From Thermoanaerobaculia bacterium (GTDB lineage: Bacteria > Acidobacteriota > Thermoanaerobaculia > Gp7-AA8): DNA of 64,000 nt. The notes below the pieces were generated by a model. The model searched no databases. It saw only the letters and a list, made by a program, of their open reading frames with translations, and was not told where the DNA came from. Location: the NCBI GenBank assembly GCA_038244815.1, contig JBBRTB010000001.1:40099-104098 (forward strand), read 5' to 3'. How positions within the stretch are numbered: the first letter of the stretch is position 1; the number at the start of each line of letters is the position of its first letter. Shown here piece by piece: positions 14,974-24,056 of the stretch. Position numbers and translations under genes: made by a program.

Positions 14974-16383
14974 ATGCCAGACACCAATCCCGTGCCACTC
15001 CTTTCCGTGGTCGTTCCCTGCTACAACGAGCGCGCCACCGTCGCCGAGCTCCTGCGACGGGTGAGAGAAGTTCCGATCGACAAAGAGATCATCGTGGTTG
15101 ACGACGCCTCCACCGACGGCTCGCGCGACGTCGTGGCCGCGCTCGCCGAGCAGTGGCCGGAGATCCGCCACATTCTGCAGGGCCTCAATCAGGGAAAGGG
15201 AGCGGCCATCCGCCGCGGCATCGCCGAAGCGCGCGGGGACATCGTCCTGATCCAGGACGCCGACCTCGAATACGATCCCGTCGACTACCCGAAGCTCGTG
15301 CAACCGATCGTCGACGGCCACGCCGACGTCGTGTTCGGCTCCCGCTTCGAAGGCTATCCCCGCCGGGTCATGCTCTACTGGCACCGCCTCGGCAACACCT
15401 TCCTGACGTTCCTGTCGAACATGACCACGAACCTCGATCTCACCGACATGGAGACCTGCTACAAGGCCTTCCGGCGCGAGGTGATCCAGTCGATTCCGAT
15501 CCGCTCCGACCGCTTCGGGTTCGAGCCGGAGATCACCGCCAAAGTCGCCAAACGCGGCTATCGAATCTTCGAAGTGCCCATCTCCTACTACGGCCGCGAC
15601 TACTGGGAAGGAAAGAAGATCAACTGGAAGGATGGACTCAGCGCCGTCTGGACGATCCTTCGCTACGGCCTGTTCTGGGATTCCTCGAGCGAGCCGCGCA
15701 CGTTCACCACGATCCGGCGGCGCGGGCGTCTCACTCGTTACAACAACTGGATCTGGGACCGGATGAAGCCGTACACCGGCCAGCGTGTGCTGGAAGTCGG
15801 CGCGGGCTCGGGCGCGATGACCCGATTCCTGTACGGCCGCGAGCTGATCGTGGTGACCGACCGGGAGACCGCGTATGTGGACCGGCTGCGCAACGCCTTC
15901 CGCCGCAGTCCCGGAATCACGGTGGAGCGCTTCGATCTCGAATCCGATGAGGCCCTGGCGTTCGCGAAGGATCGCTTCGACACGATCACGCTCATCAACG
16001 TGCTCGAGCACACGGCCGACGATGAAGCGGCCCTCCGGCGCGCGCACCAGATCCTCGTTCCTGGCGGCCGCGTGATCGTGTTCGTGCCGGCCTCGAAAGA
16101 GCTGTACGGATCGCTCGACGAGGGTATCGGACATCAGCGCCGCTACGAGCGGGACGAGCTCGCCGCGAAACTGGCGGTGAGCGGATTCGAGGTCGAGCTG
16201 GCCTCGTATCAGAACCGCATCGCCAAACTGGCCTGGCAATTCAACACGCTCCTCGGTCGCAGGGCGTTGCCGGCGGGCCAGTCGCGTCTGTTCGACGTCC
16301 TCGTACCGCTGCTGCGCGCGCTCGAAGGCGAGAACCCTCCGACCGGGCTGAGCCTCTTCGCGGTGGGAAAGAAGCCCGCATGA
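14974..16383 (+). CDS. GT2-family glycosyltransferase (Dpm1/polyprenol-phosphate mannose synthase-like) fused to class-I SAM-dependent methyltransferase
   Basis: LLSVVVPCYNE...VVDDASTDGS...DADLEYDP GT2 motifs; C-terminal half has VLEVGAGSG methyltransferase motif I; ATG 14974, 25 bp from the divergent membrane-protein start. Confidence 0.8.
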   Translation: MPDTNPVPLLSVVVPCYNERATVAELLRRVREVPIDKEIIVVDDASTDGSRDVVAALAEQWPEIRHILQGLNQGKGAAIRRGIAEARGDIVLIQDADLEYDPVDYPKLVQPIVDGHADVVFGSRFEGYPRRVMLYWHRLGNTFLTFLSNMTTNLDLTDMETCYKAFRREVIQSIPIRSDRFGFEPEITAKVAKRGYRIFEVPISYYGRDYWEGKKINWKDGLSAVWTILRYGLFWDSSSEPRTFTTIRRRGRLTRYNNWIWDRMKPYTGQRVLEVGAGSGAMTRFLYGRELIVVTDRETAYVDRLRNAFRRSPGITVERFDLESDEALAFAKDRFDTITLINVLEHTADDEAALRRAHQILVPGGRVIVFVPASKELYGSLDEGIGHQRRYERDELAAKLAVSGFEVELASYQNRIAKLAWQFNTLLGRRALPAGQSRLFDVLVPLLRALEGENPPTGLSLFAVGKKPA

Positions 16384-17189
16384 AACGCGCGGCGGTCATC
16401 CTCGCCGGCGGAGCGGGCACACGGCTCTATCCGCTCAGCTCCGAGGAGAACCCGAAGCAGTTTCTCAAGCTGTTCGAGGGCCGGTCGCTGCTCGAGAAGA
16501 CGTTCGCGCGGCTGACGCCATTGATCGGTAGCGAGGCGATCTTCGTCTCGACGAACGAGCGGTATGGCCGGAAGTGTCTCGAGCAGCTACCCGAGCTTCC
16601 GGCTTCGAATGTCATCACCGAACCGGCGCGCCGGAACACCGGTCCGGCCATCGCGCTGTGCACGTTCGAGATCGAAAAGCGCCTCGGCCAGTGCTCGCTG
16701 GCCTTTCTCGCATCCGATCACTACATCAGTGATGAAGCGGAGTTCGTCCGCGTGCTCGAGCGCGCCTTCGTGCATGCCGAAGGGCACGACGATCTCGTCA
16801 CCATCGGCATCGAACCGACGGAGCCGAACACGGGATTCGGCTACCTCGAGCTCGGCGAGGAGATCGCGCCCGGCGTGGTCCGGCTGCGCCGCTTCACCGA
16901 GAAGCCGTCGCGCCAGCGCGCCGAGGAGTTTCTGCGCGCCGGAAACTACGCCTGGAACGCCAGCATGTTCGTCTGGCGCACGAGCGTGTTCCGCCGGGAG
17001 CTGGAGCGCGCGGCGCCGGAGATCGCCGGCGTGACGCTCGCCAACTACGACACGATGCCGTCGATCTCGATCGACTATGCCCTGATGGAGAAGGCCTCCC
17101 GCGTGGCCACCGTCCGCGGCGAGTTCGGCTGGTCGGACGTCGGATCGTTCGAAGCGCTGGAGAGAGCGGGCGTCGTCATCCCGCGCTGA
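16380..17189 (+). CDS. mannose-1-phosphate guanylyltransferase-like nucleotidyltransferase (N-terminal domain only)
   Basis: VILAGGAGTRLYPLS..ENPKQF signature; ATGA start/stop overlap with upstream GT2-MT gene. Confidence 0.8.
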   Translation: MKRAAVILAGGAGTRLYPLSSEENPKQFLKLFEGRSLLEKTFARLTPLIGSEAIFVSTNERYGRKCLEQLPELPASNVITEPARRNTGPAIALCTFEIEKRLGQCSLAFLASDHYISDEAEFVRVLERAFVHAEGHDDLVTIGIEPTEPNTGFGYLELGEEIAPGVVRLRRFTEKPSRQRAEEFLRAGNYAWNASMFVWRTSVFRRELERAAPEIAGVTLANYDTMPSISIDYALMEKASRVATVRGEFGWSDVGSFEALERAGVVIPR

Positions 17190-18024
17190 AGAGCTTCTCC
17201 GCGTTGTCGTGGAGAATCCTTCGTTCGATGTCGGCTCCGAGGTTCAACGAGCGGAAGTCGTCGATGTTCTTCTTCATGGAAGCGACCCCTGGGGAAGGCC
17301 AGTCCGTGCCCCACAGCGCTTTGTCCGCCAGCTCGACGATCTTCGGCACGTACTTCTGGAGAGCCTTCGGAGGAATGCCCGACACGTCGATGTACACGTT
17401 GCGATGACGGCGGACGAGAAACGCCGCCGTGTCGCCATACAGCGGACGTCCGGCGTGGGCGAGGATGATCTTCAGCCGGGGGAAATCGACGGCCACGTCG
17501 TCGACCGGCATCGGGTCGGCGAACACGTTGCGCGCTCCGGGAAAGATCGAGGTGCCCGTATGAAACATGACCGGGACCGCCCGCTCCTCGCAGGCGCGAT
17601 ACACCTCGGCCAGCGGAGCCAGCGCGCCCCGATACGCGTTCGGCGAAAACAGCTGATGGGGCGGATGGATCTTGATCATGCCGATGCCGAGGTCGAGGAC
17701 GCGCCGGATCTCGCCGCGCACATCGCGATCGTGCAAAGGATTGACCGAGCCGACGGCGACGAGGCGGTCGCGATGATCCCTGGTGAAGTCGGCGATCCAG
17801 TCGTTGACCTCGCGCGTGAATCCCATGACATCGGGCGATACATAGTTGATGCAGCAGGCGCGCTCGACGCCGTTGTTGTCGAGATGGCGGAGCAGGGCAT
17901 CCGGTGACGACAGAGCTTCACGGGCGTCCTGGTGCGAGGCGTCGTCGACCAGAGCGAGCACTTCCGGTCTGACCATCGACCACGGCTGCACGTGAATGTG
18001 TACGTCGAAAACGCGATCCGGCAT
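17176..18024 (-). CDS. amidohydrolase-2 family (TIM-barrel metal-dependent hydrolase)
   Basis: N-terminal FDVHIHV metal-binding motif, later HAG..., D near C-terminus; start ATG 18024 overlaps GNAT stop by 1 nt. Confidence 0.8.
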   Translation of the reverse strand: MPDRVFDVHIHVQPWSMVRPEVLALVDDASHQDAREALSSPDALLRHLDNNGVERACCINYVSPDVMGFTREVNDWIADFTRDHRDRLVAVGSVNPLHDRDVRGEIRRVLDLGIGMIKIHPPHQLFSPNAYRGALAPLAEVYRACEERAVPVMFHTGTSIFPGARNVFADPMPVDDVAVDFPRLKIILAHAGRPLYGDTAAFLVRRHRNVYIDVSGIPPKALQKYVPKIVELADKALWGTDWPSPGVASMKKNIDDFRSLNLGADIERRILHDNAEKLFSAG

Positions 18025-18536
18025 CACGACATCATCATGAGCCGCATGCACACCGCGCTGGAGGGACAGCCATCCTGAAATTCGGGCGAGGCCAGCAGCT
18101 GCGGATTCACTTCATCGCGGTCGATCTTCCTGAAGCCCCGCTTCTGAAAATACTTCTCCGCCCCGGTCGTGAGCAGGTAGAACTCGCGCAACCCGCGCGC
18201 GGAGAGCCGGTCGAGGAGTTGCCGCACCAGACGGCGTCCCAGACCCTTGCCGCGATACCGCGGCGTCACGGCAATCGATCGGATCAGCGCCGCCATGTGA
18301 TACGCCTCCGCACCTCCGCAGGCCACGATCGTCCCGCCATCCCGCGCCACGACGAACGTCCGCCAATGTTCGTCCACACCGGCCACCGGAAGGTCGCTCT
18401 CCTCGAGGATCGCCTTGATGGCCGGGAGATCCGCGGCCGCAGCCGGTGCGATGACGATCTCTTCCACGGTGACCCGATCATAGCGTGTGTTGTAGCAGCC
18501 GGCTTCAGCCGGCTGACTGAAAGCCGGCCGCGACAC
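18024..18536 (-). CDS. GNAT-family N-acetyltransferase
   Basis: Acetyl-CoA-binding motif (RGKGLGRRLV), ~170 aa. Confidence 0.75.
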   Translation of the reverse strand: MSRPAFSQPAEAGCYNTRYDRVTVEEIVIAPAAAADLPAIKAILEESDLPVAGVDEHWRTFVVARDGGTIVACGGAEAYHMAALIRSIAVTPRYRGKGLGRRLVRQLLDRLSARGLREFYLLTTGAEKYFQKRGFRKIDRDEVNPQLLASPEFQDGCPSSAVCMRLMMMS

Positions 18537-18537
18537 A

Positions 18538-19257
18538 TCACCGCAATTCGAAGATCACGGAGACCGAATAGGAGACGTCCTGAGTGCCGGCCGCGACCGG
18601 CACTTCGCTTACTCCCGTCTCCGCGCGCATGGCCATGACACGTGGATATGGCACCGGCTGAGCCTGTCCCCCTTCGGAGATCGACAGCGCACGGCCGAGT
18701 GTGCGGCCTGCCGCCTGCGCCAGAAGCTGCGCCTTCGATCGCGCTTCGTCGTAGGCAGCGTGGATGGCCTGATCGCGCCCACGGGCCGGATCCGAGACCT
18801 CGAATTGCAGACCCGAGGACTGGTTCACCCCCGCGTTGACCGCGGACTGCAGCAGCTTGCCGGCCTCACCGATGTTGTCGCGCCGCACGGTGATGGTGTT
18901 CGAGACCTGATACCCGAGGATGCGCGGGAGTTTGTTCTGTCCGTAGTCCTGCTGGGGATAGATCGAGAAGTTCGAGGTGCGGATGTCCTTCTCCGCGGCA
19001 CCGGCTCGCTTGAGCGCTGCGATCGTCGCGGCCGTCTTCCGGTTGTTTTCGTTCACCGCCTGTTCGACGGTATCAGCGACGGTCTGCACGCCGACCGTGA
19101 AGGTGAACCGGTCGGGCGTGACGCTGGCGTGACCGTTTCCGCTCACGCTCACCGTCTCCATGGCCCCTGGCACCGGCTCGCGGACGGCCGTGGCCGGCTG
19201 GGCCATGGCCGTGACGCAGATGGCAGCCGCGATTGCGGCCGAGAGAAATGACTTCAT
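18538..19257 (-). CDS. SIMPL/DUF541 (YggE-like) periplasmic protein
   Basis: Signal peptide MKSFLSAAIAAAICVTAMA; SIMPL-family length and conserved N/C regions. Confidence 0.75.
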   Translation of the reverse strand: MKSFLSAAIAAAICVTAMAQPATAVREPVPGAMETVSVSGNGHASVTPDRFTFTVGVQTVADTVEQAVNENNRKTAATIAALKRAGAAEKDIRTSNFSIYPQQDYGQNKLPRILGYQVSNTITVRRDNIGEAGKLLQSAVNAGVNQSSGLQFEVSDPARGRDQAIHAAYDEARSKAQLLAQAAGRTLGRALSISEGGQAQPVPYPRVMAMRAETGVSEVPVAAGTQDVSYSVSVIFELR

Positions 19258-19328
19258 GCTTCCTCCTTGTTCCTGACTTAGAATGTCGCGCGCTCGTGAA
19301 ACGCTCACGCGCGCAGCTCGAGTTCCGA

Positions 19329-19562
19329 TTGGCAGACCCCAACGATAAAGTCCCCGGCCAGCCCGCCGGCCGATACTACGTCGACTCCCAGTGCATCGAT
19401 TGCGATCTCTGCCGCGAGACTGCGCCCGGGAACTTCATACGCAACGACGAAGCAGGCTTCTCCTACGTGTTCAAGCAGCCCGAGTCCCCCGATGAAGAGA
19501 CGCTCTGTAAAGACGCGCTCGACAACTGCCCTGTCGAAGCCATCGGAAACGACGGAACCTAG
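19329..19562 (+). CDS. small ferredoxin (single Fe-S cluster, CIDCDLC...C...C)
   Basis: YYVDSQCIDCDLCRETAP...CPVEAI motif; start uncertain (TTG 19329 is the first start after the divergent SIMPL gene). Confidence 0.6.
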   Translation: MADPNDKVPGQPAGRYYVDSQCIDCDLCRETAPGNFIRNDEAGFSYVFKQPESPDEETLCKDALDNCPVEAIGNDGT

Positions 19563-19621
19563 TGGAGTGTAACGGTGCGCGCACCGGGGTCCGGACGTTT
19601 CCGGGGAGCCTCGCGGCTCAT

Positions 19622-20047
19622 TCAATGCATCTTGTTGTCGATCGACACCTGATCGTGCCAGTCGTCGGCGAGCAGCACCTCGATCAGCTCCTGCAGCTCT
19701 TCCATGTGAAACGGCTTCGTCAGCGCAGCGGTCATGTTGTTGCCTTTCGTGATCGTCAGGATGTCGCCCTTCCCTGACGCGACGACCACCGGCGTTTTCT
19801 TTCCCTGCTGCGCGTACCAGGCGATCCACTCCTCGCCGCTCATGCCCGGAAGGTTGAGATCGAGCAGGATCAGGCGCGTGTCGGGATTCGATTTGAGAAT
19901 GTCGATGCCCTCGACGGCGCCGGAGGCGGACAGAACCTCGTACCCTCGCTTCTGCAGGTATGACTTGTAGAGCGCGAGTACATCCGGGTCGTCTTCGATG
20001 GCCAGGATCTTGTGGTTCTCCTGCTTATGACGAGTCATTTCGAGCAT
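19622..20047 (-). CDS. stand-alone response-regulator receiver (CheY-like) protein
   Basis: ILAIEDD...D(L)NLPGMSG...K receiver signature; no output domain. Confidence 0.8.
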   Translation of the reverse strand: MLEMTRHKQENHKILAIEDDPDVLALYKSYLQKRGYEVLSASGAVEGIDILKSNPDTRLILLDLNLPGMSGEEWIAWYAQQGKKTPVVVASGKGDILTITKGNNMTAALTKPFHMEELQELIEVLLADDWHDQVSIDNKMH

Positions 20048-20134
20048 CGATCTGGTCTCCGCCGTCCTCCACTTGCGAGTTCCGTGCTAACTGCTGAGTT
20101 GTCGGCGGCTTCGCAAATAACGAATAATCGCGTC

Positions 20135-20398
20135 GTGGGCATCGCGCTGTGGCTGCTGTGCGGAGTGACCGTCTTCGCGATCGCGCGATGGGTTCCCGCT
20201 GGCCGGCCATCCGGCTTCGGGCGCGAGCTGATCGTGGCGCTCGTGGTCTCGTTCGCCGCGGGACTAGGCGCCTCGTTGCTCGACTTCGGCGGCTGGGCGG
20301 AGCTCGACTGGCGCGCCGGCGTATTCGTGACGGCCTGCTCGTTCGCGGCGATCGGGTTCAGCCGGTCGATCGCTCTGGCAAAGCGGAGCGCGGCCTGA
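20135..20398 (+). CDS. GlsB/YeaQ/YmgE-family small membrane protein
   Basis: GIALWLLCGVTVFAIARWVPAGRPSGFG...LGASLLDFGGW pattern matches Transgly_assoc family; GTG start inferred. Confidence 0.5.
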   Translation: MGIALWLLCGVTVFAIARWVPAGRPSGFGRELIVALVVSFAAGLGASLLDFGGWAELDWRAGVFVTACSFAAIGFSRSIALAKRSAA

Positions 20399-21291
20399 GA
20401 TCCATCCGCGCCGCGGCCACGATCCTGCTCGTCGCACTCAACAGTCTCTTCTGGGGGATTCCGATCACGATCCTCGGACTGGTGAAGGTGGTGATGCCCA
20501 CAGCGGCGGCGCGGCGGCGCATCCGCACCGCTCTGACGGACCTCGGTTCGCGATGGAGCGGCACGAACAACCGCATCTTCGACGCCATGGTCAGGACGCG
20601 ATGGGACATCCGCGGCGTGGAGGGCCTGCGGCCTGAGGGTCACTATCTGATTCTCAGCAACCACGTGTCGTGGCTGGACATCTTCGTGCTGTTCCGCGCC
20701 TTCCACCGGCGCGTGGCATTCATGCGCTTTTTTCTCAAGCGGGAGCTGATCTGGTTTCCGATCATCGGACTGGCCTGCTGGGCCATGGATTTTCCGTTCA
20801 TGCGCCGTTACAGCCCCGCGTATCTGGCCCGCCATCCTGAAAAGCGCGGCCGCGATCTCGAGGCCACCCGCCGAACCTGCCGCCGCTATCGCAGGATCCC
20901 CGTGGCCATCCTCAATTTTCTGGAGGGGACGCGCTTCTCCGGGGAGAAGCACGCCGATCAGGATTCGCCGTATCGGAATCTGCTGCGGCCCCGGGTGGGA
21001 GGGACGGCGTTCGTGCTGGCGTCGCTCGGCGAGCAACTCGACGCCATCGTCGACGTCACCATCGTCTATCCCCGCCAGGACGTGACGCTGTGGGAGTTCC
21101 TCACCGGCCGCATCGAGGCCATCGTCGTACGGGCCCGGGTGCTGGAGGTGCCGCCGGAGTTCGTCAGCGCCGCCATTACCGAGCCCGGCCCGGCCCGGGA
21201 GAGGTTCCGGGAATGGATCGATGAGCTCTGGCTGGAGAAGGACGCTCTTGTCGAGGAGTTGCGTACCGTGATACCTTCGTACCATGGTTGA
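20188..21291 (+). CDS. PlsC/YihG-like lysophospholipid acyltransferase (start unresolved: 20188 ATG or as late as GTG 20482)
   Basis: HX4D motif (NHVSWLD), EGTR motif, N-terminal TM helix (ILLVALNSLFWGIPITILGLV) argues the start lies upstream of 20404; Arg-rich N-term from 20149 looks spurious. Confidence 0.7.
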   Translation: MGSRWPAIRLRARADRGARGLVRRGTRRLVARLRRLGGARLARRRIRDGLLVRGDRVQPVDRSGKAERGLRSIRAAATILLVALNSLFWGIPITILGLVKVVMPTAAARRRIRTALTDLGSRWSGTNNRIFDAMVRTRWDIRGVEGLRPEGHYLILSNHVSWLDIFVLFRAFHRRVAFMRFFLKRELIWFPIIGLACWAMDFPFMRRYSPAYLARHPEKRGRDLEATRRTCRRYRRIPVAILNFLEGTRFSGEKHADQDSPYRNLLRPRVGGTAFVLASLGEQLDAIVDVTIVYPRQDVTLWEFLTGRIEAIVVRARVLEVPPEFVSAAITEPGPARERFREWIDELWLEKDALVEELRTVIPSYHG

Positions 21292-21547
21292 AGCGAAATA
21301 CGAGATCGAGCGCGTGCAGACCGGCGTGCGCATCGAGAAGCGCATCCTCAAGGTCCTCAAAGGTCTGGCCGAATATCACGACATGTCCCTGGGCGACCTC
21401 CTGGAAGGCATCGTCCTGCACGCCTTCGAGGGCAAGGCTCCCTTCGGCAAGGAGAGCATCCGCAAGATCGGCGAGCTCCGGAAGGTCTATCACCTCGATC
21501 TCGGTGCCGCCGCCAGCCACAAACTCATCGAGCGCAAGCGGACATGA
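21284..21547 (+). CDS. small ribbon-helix-helix-like (CopG/Arc/MetJ-type) protein
   Basis: Beta-strand/helix pattern VRIEKRILKVLKGLAEYHDMSLGDLLEGIV; ATG overlaps acyltransferase stop (ATGGTTGA). Confidence 0.4.
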   Translation: MVEAKYEIERVQTGVRIEKRILKVLKGLAEYHDMSLGDLLEGIVLHAFEGKAPFGKESIRKIGELRKVYHLDLGAAASHKLIERKRT

Positions 21548-21738
21548 ACGATCGCGAGTTCGTTGCCGCCTCCGAGAGCACGACGCTGCCCGAGCTCCAT
21601 CACCGCGACCACGTTCGCGCCGCGTGGTGCTACCTCACCTGGCGCCCTTCGATTCTCGATCGGCTGTACCGGCCCGACACGATCCGCTCGGCGCGGGCGC
21701 GATGCTCGTTCGTGCTTCCCGACGCCGCCCGGGCGTGA
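21544..21738 (+). CDS. small hypothetical protein (64 aa), translationally coupled to upstream RHH-like gene
   Basis: ATGA overlap; no recognisable domain. Confidence 0.25.
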   Translation: MNDREFVAASESTTLPELHHRDHVRAAWCYLTWRPSILDRLYRPDTIRSARARCSFVLPDAARA

Positions 21739-21751
21739 CAGTCTCTGCCAT

Positions 21752-21791
21752 CTACGAAGATTTTCGTTGACGATACGAAACCCTTCGTATA
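21752..21791. promoter_or_regulatory. two adjacent dyad operators (ACGAA-N4-TTCGT and ATACGAA-ACCC-TTCGTAT) upstream of blaI-like gene
   Basis: Perfect 7-bp inverted repeat with 4-bp spacer 40 bp upstream of ATG; GGAGGA RBS follows. Confidence 0.4.
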
Positions 21792-21831
21792 GCTTCTCCG
21801 TATCGAGACTGAGAAGCGGAGGACTGGCAAG

Positions 21832-22218
21832 ATGACCGAGGCGATCCCGAGACCCACCGACGCGGAACTGACGATCCTCAGAGTGCTGTGGGAGCGAGGG
21901 CCGAGCACCGTGCGCGAGGTACATGATGCCCTGAGCTCGACTCAGGCCACGGGCTACACGACCGTTCTCAAGCTCATGCAGATCATGACCGAGAAGGGTC
22001 TGGTGGTCCGCGACGAGTCGGAGCGCGCGCACGTGTACGAGGCCAGTCACACCGAGCAACGCATGCAGCGGCACATCGTGGCCGACCTCGTCGAGCGGGC
22101 CTTCGGCGGATCGCCCGCGAAGCTGGTCCTCCAGGCACTGTCAGCACGCAAAGCGTCGCCGGCAGAGCTCAACGAAATCCGCGAACTTCTCGACAGACTG
22201 GAAGGAGACAAGCGATGA
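21832..22218 (+). CDS. BlaI/MecI/CopY-family transcriptional repressor
   Basis: wHTH (LTILRVLWERGPSTVREVHDAL...YTTVLKLMQIMTEKGLV) and C-terminal dimerisation helix typical of penicillinase repressors. Confidence 0.85.
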   Translation: MTEAIPRPTDAELTILRVLWERGPSTVREVHDALSSTQATGYTTVLKLMQIMTEKGLVVRDESERAHVYEASHTEQRMQRHIVADLVERAFGGSPAKLVLQALSARKASPAELNEIRELLDRLEGDKR

Positions 22219-24047
22219 ATACAGCCGATCTTCTAGGTGGACCGCTGGGTCATGCCGTCGGCCTGGCACTTCTGCACGCACTCTGGCAGGGCACGATCGT
22301 GGCCATCGTTCTCGCGGCCATCCTCACTCTTTCCAGCCGTCGCAGCGCGGCATTCCGCTACGGTCTGTCCTGCGCGGCACTGGCCATCGTGTTTGCTCTG
22401 GCCGTGATCACGGGCGTGCGCTCGTACAACCCGGGACCGGCCGTCACCGCGTCGCCGGCGGTGACCGCGGTCGCCGACGCATCGGCGGTCGATGACGCCG
22501 TCCTCATCGCGGCCAGCAGCACTCCCCGGTCGTGGCACGACACCTGGCTCGCCACGATTTCCACGCTTCTCGCGCACATCCCGCAGATCGTGGTCCTCTG
22601 GTTCCTGGGAGTGCTCGTGCTGACGCTTCGGCTGGCGGCGAGCTGGACGCGCACGCGCGCGCTGGCCACTCGAGGAGCGGTCACGGCGGACGAAACATGG
22701 CAACTCATGGCCGCGCGTCTCTCGCAGGCGCTGGGGTTGCGCAGGCCGGTGCGGCTCGTCGTGTCCGGCGGCGTGGACGTGCCCAGTGTGGTGGGATGGC
22801 TCAAGCCCGCCATTCTCCTGCCGGTGAGCAGTCTGACCGGCCTGACCTCCGAACAACTGGAGATGGTGCTCGCCCACGAGGTCGCGCACATCCGCCGTCA
22901 CGATTTTCTGATCAACGCGATGCAGTCGGTGGTGGAGACTCTGCTCTTCTACCATCCGGCGGTGTGGTGGCTGTCGCGACAGATCCGCATCGAGCGCGAG
23001 AACTGCTGCGACGATCTGGCGGTGTCGGTGTGCGGCGACGCCATCCTCTACGCCCGTGCCCTGGCGCAGCTCGAAGAACTGCGAACCTCACCGCTGCTGG
23101 CGATCGCGGCGAACGGCGGATCGCTGCTCGACCGTGTGCGGCGCCTCGTCGGCGCACACAGCGACCGGTCGCTCTTCTCCAGCGGCTGGACCGCCGCCGC
23201 GGCCATGGCCAGCTTCGTGGCCTTGCTCACGCTGACCACGGCGCCGATCCTCGCCGAGCGCCAGACCCCTCCGCCAGCGCCGCCAGCGAAGCCCGCGGTC
23301 GCACACGTGGATGTGCGCGCGCCGAAGCCTGCCACGGAGCCGACGCCGGAGCCCGACGAACTGGATGTGGACGTCGACGCGGTGGTTCCCGTTCCTGCCC
23401 TGCCGCCGGAGCCACCAGAACCGCCTGACCTCAGCGTCGTGCTTTCCAGCGTCGCGCCACGCGTCAGAGTGAGACCACGCGCGCTTCAGAGCCCCGTCCG
23501 GCACGGCTACATGGTTGCACCGACAGCACAAGCCGTCGTCGAGGGAGTCACCGGCGCGCTCGTGTGGGACGTCGACAACGAGGACCAGAGCTCCTCGCCC
23601 ACGCCTCCCGGGAAGCTGTCGGTCGACGAGCTGATCGCGCTGCGCGTACAGGGTGTGACGCCCGAATACATCCAGGAGATGCGCTCGATCGGATTCGGCA
23701 AGCTCTCCATCCGCGAGATCATCGCGCTGCGCAGCCAGGGCATCACCCCCGACGAGATCGGCAAGATGCGCTCCACGGGACTGGGCGATCTGAGCGCGCA
23801 CGACATCGTCGCTCTTCACGTTCAGGGTGTCACTCCCGATTACATCAGCGCGATGCGCACCGCGGGTGTGAACATCAAAACGGCCAACGAAGCCGTTTCG
23901 CTTCGCGTGCAGGGCGTGACGGTCGACTTCGTCCGCTCTCTCGCAGTGGCGGGCTATGAGCACCTCACCGTCCACGATCTGGTGCGTCTGGCCACATCGG
24001 GGGTCAATGCCGACTTCGTCCGGGAGATGTCGAAGTACAAGAAGTAG
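22215..24047 (+). CDS. BlaR1/MecR1-like M56 peptidase-family membrane sensor with C-terminal 29-aa tandem-repeat domain instead of a penicillin-binding domain
   Basis: 4 TM + HEVAHIRRHD zinc motif (M56); Pro-rich linker; 5 tandem repeats L..(E/D)(L/I)(I/V)ALR.QGVTP(D/E)(Y/F)I..MR..G; overlaps blaI stop. Confidence 0.8.
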   Translation: MNTADLLGGPLGHAVGLALLHALWQGTIVAIVLAAILTLSSRRSAAFRYGLSCAALAIVFALAVITGVRSYNPGPAVTASPAVTAVADASAVDDAVLIAASSTPRSWHDTWLATISTLLAHIPQIVVLWFLGVLVLTLRLAASWTRTRALATRGAVTADETWQLMAARLSQALGLRRPVRLVVSGGVDVPSVVGWLKPAILLPVSSLTGLTSEQLEMVLAHEVAHIRRHDFLINAMQSVVETLLFYHPAVWWLSRQIRIERENCCDDLAVSVCGDAILYARALAQLEELRTSPLLAIAANGGSLLDRVRRLVGAHSDRSLFSSGWTAAAAMASFVALLTLTTAPILAERQTPPPAPPAKPAVAHVDVRAPKPATEPTPEPDELDVDVDAVVPVPALPPEPPEPPDLSVVLSSVAPRVRVRPRALQSPVRHGYMVAPTAQAVVEGVTGALVWDVDNEDQSSSPTPPGKLSVDELIALRVQGVTPEYIQEMRSIGFGKLSIREIIALRSQGITPDEIGKMRSTGLGDLSAHDIVALHVQGVTPDYISAMRTAGVNIKTANEAVSLRVQGVTVDFVRSLAVAGYEHLTVHDLVRLATSGVNADFVREMSKYKK

Positions 24048-24056
24048 GAGATCACC

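Noticed and set aside
20149-20400. Arg-rich N-terminal extension of the acyltransferase ORF
   Set aside because: It overlaps, in another frame, a convincing GlsB/YmgE-family gene and consists of R/A/G repeats. The true start is probably downstream, and exact position is unresolved.
20035-21360. 441-aa ORF on - strand
   Set aside because: It is antisense to the GlsB-like and acyltransferase genes. Arg/Pro/Gly-rich artefact.
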